A stretch of 64,000 nucleotides of DNA from Massalongia carnosa. Its lineage: Eukaryota. Position numbers and translations under genes: made by a program. Numbering within the stretch: position 1 is the first letter of the stretch; each line of letters begins with the position of its first letter. Where the stretch lies: NCBI GenBank assembly GCA_965645245.1, contig OZ287071.1:2480001-2544000 (forward strand). The letters are read 5' to 3'. Below, in pieces: positions 59,429-64,000 of the stretch. The notes below the pieces were generated by a model. It was given only the letters and a program-made list of their open reading frames with translations, made no database searches and had not been told where the DNA came from.

Positions 59429-62400
59429 ACTGTAAACAGATGGATCACCCTGAGGTCTCGAATACGCAATATCCGGTAACCCGTATTGCATTGGCACCGG
59501 AGCCCCTGGAGGAGGCTGCAAAGGATAAGAGGTGGGAGAACCTCGGTAGGCATACACCGGAGCCTCGATGGGACTCGAATAAGTGACTTGTTGTTGCTGC
59601 TGCTGCTGCCGCTGCCGCTGCCGCTGATACGTAGCTTGATACGAATCTTCTCCGCCATACGCAGTTGATCGCGGTTGGGACGTTGGAGCTCTCATGCCAG
59701 CGAAGAGATTCTCCGGGCTTGAAGTGTGAGGATGAGAATATCCCCTTTGAGTGTTGACCGAAACGAACTGCGTCCCCGGCGAAGTCTCGTACGACTGATA
59801 ACTCGACATGTTGTATGAACTATCGCGAGAATGGCCGTAGCTTGCGGCGGGGTTCGGTTGACATGCTGGACCAGGATACGTTGAAGCTTGGCTCCTTTGG
59901 TATGCTCCTACGGGTTGAGCATCCGCCGACTCCACGAAATAGGAACTCTGGCTTGGGACGGGCCGAAACGGTGGTGAAAATCCACCGATCGGGTCTACAA
60001 CGCCACCGTAAGGCGACAAGGAAGGATTCTGGGAGAACGGGCTCTGAATGGTGGGAGACATGCTGGTTTGCTGCGAGATCCGTCGCTCGATCGGGCTGAT
60101 TACGGTTTCAGGCGTCACGTCTTTTTGCCTGACCACGTTGAGCACCGGCATGCTGATCTGTTCCATGTGTTTTGCAAGGTGCACCGTCAACTTCTTCCAG
60201 CTGTTGCAGATGTTGCCGCAAAATTTGCAGGGCTCATCCTTGGGGTTTTTCGGGGTTTCATGCCGGCATTGCTCTACCAGCCTCCAGACCTGATCGATCT
60301 CGTCGTTGGATGAATCGTCAGCGTGAGCCGGATCATCCCCATGTATCTTGCTCATTCGGGTCTTCTGGCTGGATGGGCCTCGAACCTTGCTAGCCTTTGC
60401 CGTCTTCACCTTGGGTTCGGGGAGCTTATGCTCGCGGACCAAATGCTGGACGAAATTGTCTTTCCGATAGCATTTGTGAGAGCAATCGTTCATGTTGCAC
60501 TGCCACCATTCCAGCTGACGATGCCGTTCGTTCTCGTGTCTCACCCAGTCGGCCTTGCGTTTGAAGGATTTGGGTTCGGCGCACGTGTCAAAGGTGCACG
60601 TGAAAGGCTGCACGTCTTCATGAACATGTTTCGACCAATCCGACGGTTTGTGGAACTTTTTAACCTTGAAACAGAGCGAGCATTCGAACTCGGCGGGCAA
60701 CCGCTTGGCCGGAGGCATCGGCACTCCCGAGGGGAACTGCGCGGGAGTCACGATCCCCTCCGCCAAAGCGCTGGCGTCCTCGTCGGACGGCGCGGGACCA
60801 GCGATCGAAAAGCCCGTGTGGGAATGCTCTGGCTCGCGACTGTTCGACTTGGATGGTAGATACGTTGGTTCGCCCCCAAGCTGAATGCAATGTTTTCCAG
60901 ACGAGCAATTTCCCCCGCTGGTGGCTTGGAGATGCTTGACCTTGAAATCGATGAGCTTCTTGTACCTTCGCAACTGTTCTTGCGCCACGCGTTCGATCAT
61001 AAAGGCCGGCAGCCGAGGGTTGAGCTGGCGCACATTCAATTTAAATCCTTCCAAGGTCGGGGTGATGGGATCGGCGCGGATCGAGAAATCAATCGTCACT
61101 CCTTTGCCCTCAGTCGCATCCTCGTCGTCATCCTCTTCCGGATTCGCCAGACGACTAGGCTGCGGGGGCTTCTGCTCCACCTTGGCAGGCGACGCGAGGG
61201 TCGGCATAGGCGGTCCGCCGGCTTTGGTCCATAAATCCCCCAGGTTGGTCGAGGATGGCGGTCCACCGGGAAGGTCACTACGGCTTCGGGTGCGCCTGAT
61301 AAAGTTCTTGCTAGTCGTCCAAGGATTGGTGGAAGATGGGGCGCCGGTGGCGCTGACGGACCCACTGGCACCAAGCGCGGCGATCTGGTTTCCCATCGCG
61401 GCTACTGCTCCTGCCGTGTTGATTCTCGGGGATTTCGGTCTCTTGCCAAGGCTCGGGATTCTCTGAAGAGGGACCGGGACACCTAGGTTTTCCTTTCGGC
61501 TCCCGAAACTGTCTTTTTTCGCATGCTCAGCAGGGCGGGGCGTTGGCGGCTTCGATGTCTCGCTTTCTTTGCGTTTCAACAAACTACCGCTACGTTTCGG
61601 AAGTAACTTGTCCAGAAAGTTTCCTCGTCGATCGCTTTTGGGTTTTCGCGGATCCTTTTCTTCTCTAAAGGTGAATCGGTGGAAAAGCGATTGTAGATCG
61701 GACTCGCTAAGTCGCCGAGTCCCCCAGGTCGCCACTCTCGACATCGTCTCAATTTCTTTCGCACGCTGCTCGTACCGCATGCTCGCTTCGTTGGATGTGA
61801 CGGGCTGTATCCGGACGCCAGGGTCCGAGGAATCATATAAAGGGTCTTGCCATAATTTCGCACGATACAACGGAGGTGGAGTGGTGGTGATGGCGGGGGT
61901 TTCCTCCGGACGAGCGTATGGTGGATTCCACTCCGACGGATCGTGCGCCTCGACATGGGCAGGGGGCGATTCGGGCATGTCCGGTGGGTGCTCCGATTCC
62001 GAACCTTCGTAATCGTCGTCGTCGTCGTCGTCCTCCTCTTCACCGCTCTCCTCGTTTATCAGTAGTCCAGGCCCGGGAATATGCGAACCTGCGACCACAG
62101 CGGGATCTGCTCTTAACCTCATCAGGTTCGCTCGAGATAAGTGATTGTCGCCCGTACTCTTCGCCCTCTGGCGCTTGCTGAGTCCGGTTCGCCGAGGAGG
62201 TGGAAGAGGAAGTGAATCGTGGCCGTCCACCGCGCTGCTCGGCTCGCTGCGAGCCAGCCAATCCTCCACATCGGCAATTTTCAACGCGATCTGCGCCGTT
62301 TCTTCCTGGTCTTTGAAATTGGGAACTTCCGCATGGCTGATCTCTAGCCGTGCAAGCGGATCTAAGCCCGCTCGTGCTTCGGTCACTATCGCTGCTTCAT

Positions 62401-63520
62401 GCCCCCCGTAAAATCCAGGGTCCAATTGCACCGGTTGGGCTACCAAGCACGCCATATCCCCTTCCTCGTCCGATGACTCGCCCTCGTGTTGGACGGCTAG
62501 GTGCGAGGAACGGCTTCCCCGACTCCGTTTGCTTCCGCTTCGCATCATCGGCCGTGCCACTCGAGCGGGGGAGTCTCCCCGGCTGTAGCTTTCGATTCGC
62601 ACCACCGGGCTTGCGGCGCGTGCAATGGACGGTATCACGGAGCGATCGGGACTCGTACCCATCGAGCTCCCAGTCAATGCTGGCGTATGTTGCATCTGGC
62701 CCGACAGGTGTGAGGTGTCCATGCTGTCTTCGTCGCCGATCAGACTTGAAGTCACGTGGAATCCTCCTCCTCCTCCTCCTCCTCCTCCTCCTCCTCCTCC
62801 TCCTCCTCCTACTCCTCCTATGTGGCTCCGCTCCTCCATCGGAGGACTAGACGCGCCCACTCCCGATCGTGGACTAGCTGAATCGGTTAAGACCGGACTC
62901 ATGAGGTGCGATGCTAGCGTGGCCGTCCCCGACAAGGCTGGGTAGGTATAGTTCGAGTCCTGGGACGTAAACGTCTCCGCACTCAATATTTCTTGCAACG
63001 ATTTATCCGTGTCTTCCGGCGAAAATCCCAAATCCAAGTTCTGCGCGGAGTCTAAGACGCCGTACACCTCCTCTAAGGAGAGCTGATGATGGACAAGCTC
63101 TGGCGTGGCGGAGTAATCACTCTGGTCGGTATACCCATTGTCGGAAAAATAGCGATAGTTGGGGCTGAGGAACTCCTGCGTCGATCCAGCGTTTCCAGTT
63201 CGCTCGTGCGCCTCAGGTGCGGCTGAAGGGGTGTGAAACCCGCCGACCACCAACGAGCCTTGCGGGAAATGATGTTGTGGCTGTGTGGTGGAGTGCAGCG
63301 ACGATGAGAACTGCTCAGGGAGTTGGGCTGATGTCGTAGAGGGCAGTGGGGATGGGGCGCGAAAGGATTGCAGGTCTGGCGATAAATCACGGGTGACAGG
63401 GAGCAACTGCTCCTCGCTGGGTGATGAGGGAAAGAATGGGTCGTAATACGTTTGATCGTTAAAGCCGATCAGGTGCGAGCAGTGTGCGTCTCCGGGCGCG
63501 GTGGATCTGACCGTGGACAT
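59342..63520 (-). CDS. Large C2H2 zinc-finger transcription factor (ZF-3), about 1390 aa, apparently intronless
   Basis: FECSLCFKVKKFHKPSDWSKHVHEDVQPFTCTFDTCAEPKSFKRKADWVRHENERH, WWQCNMNDCSHKCYRKDNFVQHLVREH, CKFCGNICNSWKKLTVHLAKH; poly-Gly and poly-Gln tracts. Start set at ATG 63520 (MSTVRST); the open frame extends to 63592. Confidence 0.92.
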
Positions 63521-63840
63521 GGTGACGTCGCAAACGTGATGTTGGGTATATATGGGGGGGGTGGCTGTCATCCAAGGTTTTTTTTTTTTCACTGCGTGAA
63601 TTTCTGAAGGAACCCTAGGGTCGGAAGAGACGGGGATGGCTTAAGCATCTGGAAGAAAATGTCAAACTACCAGACCGTGGACCTGAAACACATTGCCAGA
63701 AGAGACAGAGCTGGGGTCGGTTGCAAGGCACCAGGTGAGTGGGTGAAGATCACCGCTGACCCTGATAGGCAAAAGACGGGAACTTTCTGAGAAATATGGG
63801 AGGGCTTTAGGCTGGAAATCTGCGAGCAGCCTAGCGAACC

Positions 63841-63890
63841 GAGTCGAGAGTCGAGAGTCGAGAGTCGAGAGCCGAGAGTCGAGAGCCGGA
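63841..63890. repeat. (GAGAGTC)n heptanucleotide repeat upstream of ZF-3
   Basis: About 7 copies, two with a T>C variant. Confidence 0.9.
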
Positions 63891-64000
63891 GTTAAGAATG
63901 TTTGTTTCACGGGGTGCCGTTCGACACTTGACAGATGAGTCGTTGTTCGATTGAGGGAGTAGGTTAAGTTATGTTCTGCGGGTGGGTATTCTGCGGGTGG

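Overview
Eukaryotic DNA from a filamentous ascomycete (Pezizomycotina), judged from short GT-AG introns with CTRAC-type branch points and fungal-type proteins; the finer lineage cannot be fixed from this window. The first 22 kb is a housekeeping block: 3' end of a SNF2-family helicase, dynein intermediate chain, ATP synthase subunit e, an MFS (Dal5/Tna1-type) permease, a 389-aa hypothetical protein, PMT4 and SLA1. The other 42 kb is gene-sparse. It holds three C2H2 zinc-finger genes with a shared finger architecture, a short PI-phospholipase C, an orphan Ser/Thr-rich gene and a decayed HET-domain gene. There are four mobile-element pieces: a mutated pogo/Tigger relic, a solo LTR nested in it, an intact Tc1 (DD34E) element, and an internally deleted CCG-ended element. 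Best leads: (1) the pogo relic shows a CpC>TpC hypermutation signature while the nested LTR looks like classical CpA RIP and the Tc1 copy is untouched; (2) a diverged but length-conserved 46-bp array directly upstream of the orphan gene; (3) the three-paralog zinc-finger cluster; (4) a 59-bp double-hairpin repeat; (5) a recurrent TACTCTGTA intergenic motif; (6) GC-rich gene ends abutting microsatellite-rich intergenic DNA. No tRNA, rRNA or CRISPR could be supported. Exon boundaries were read by eye and need RNA-seq confirmation.
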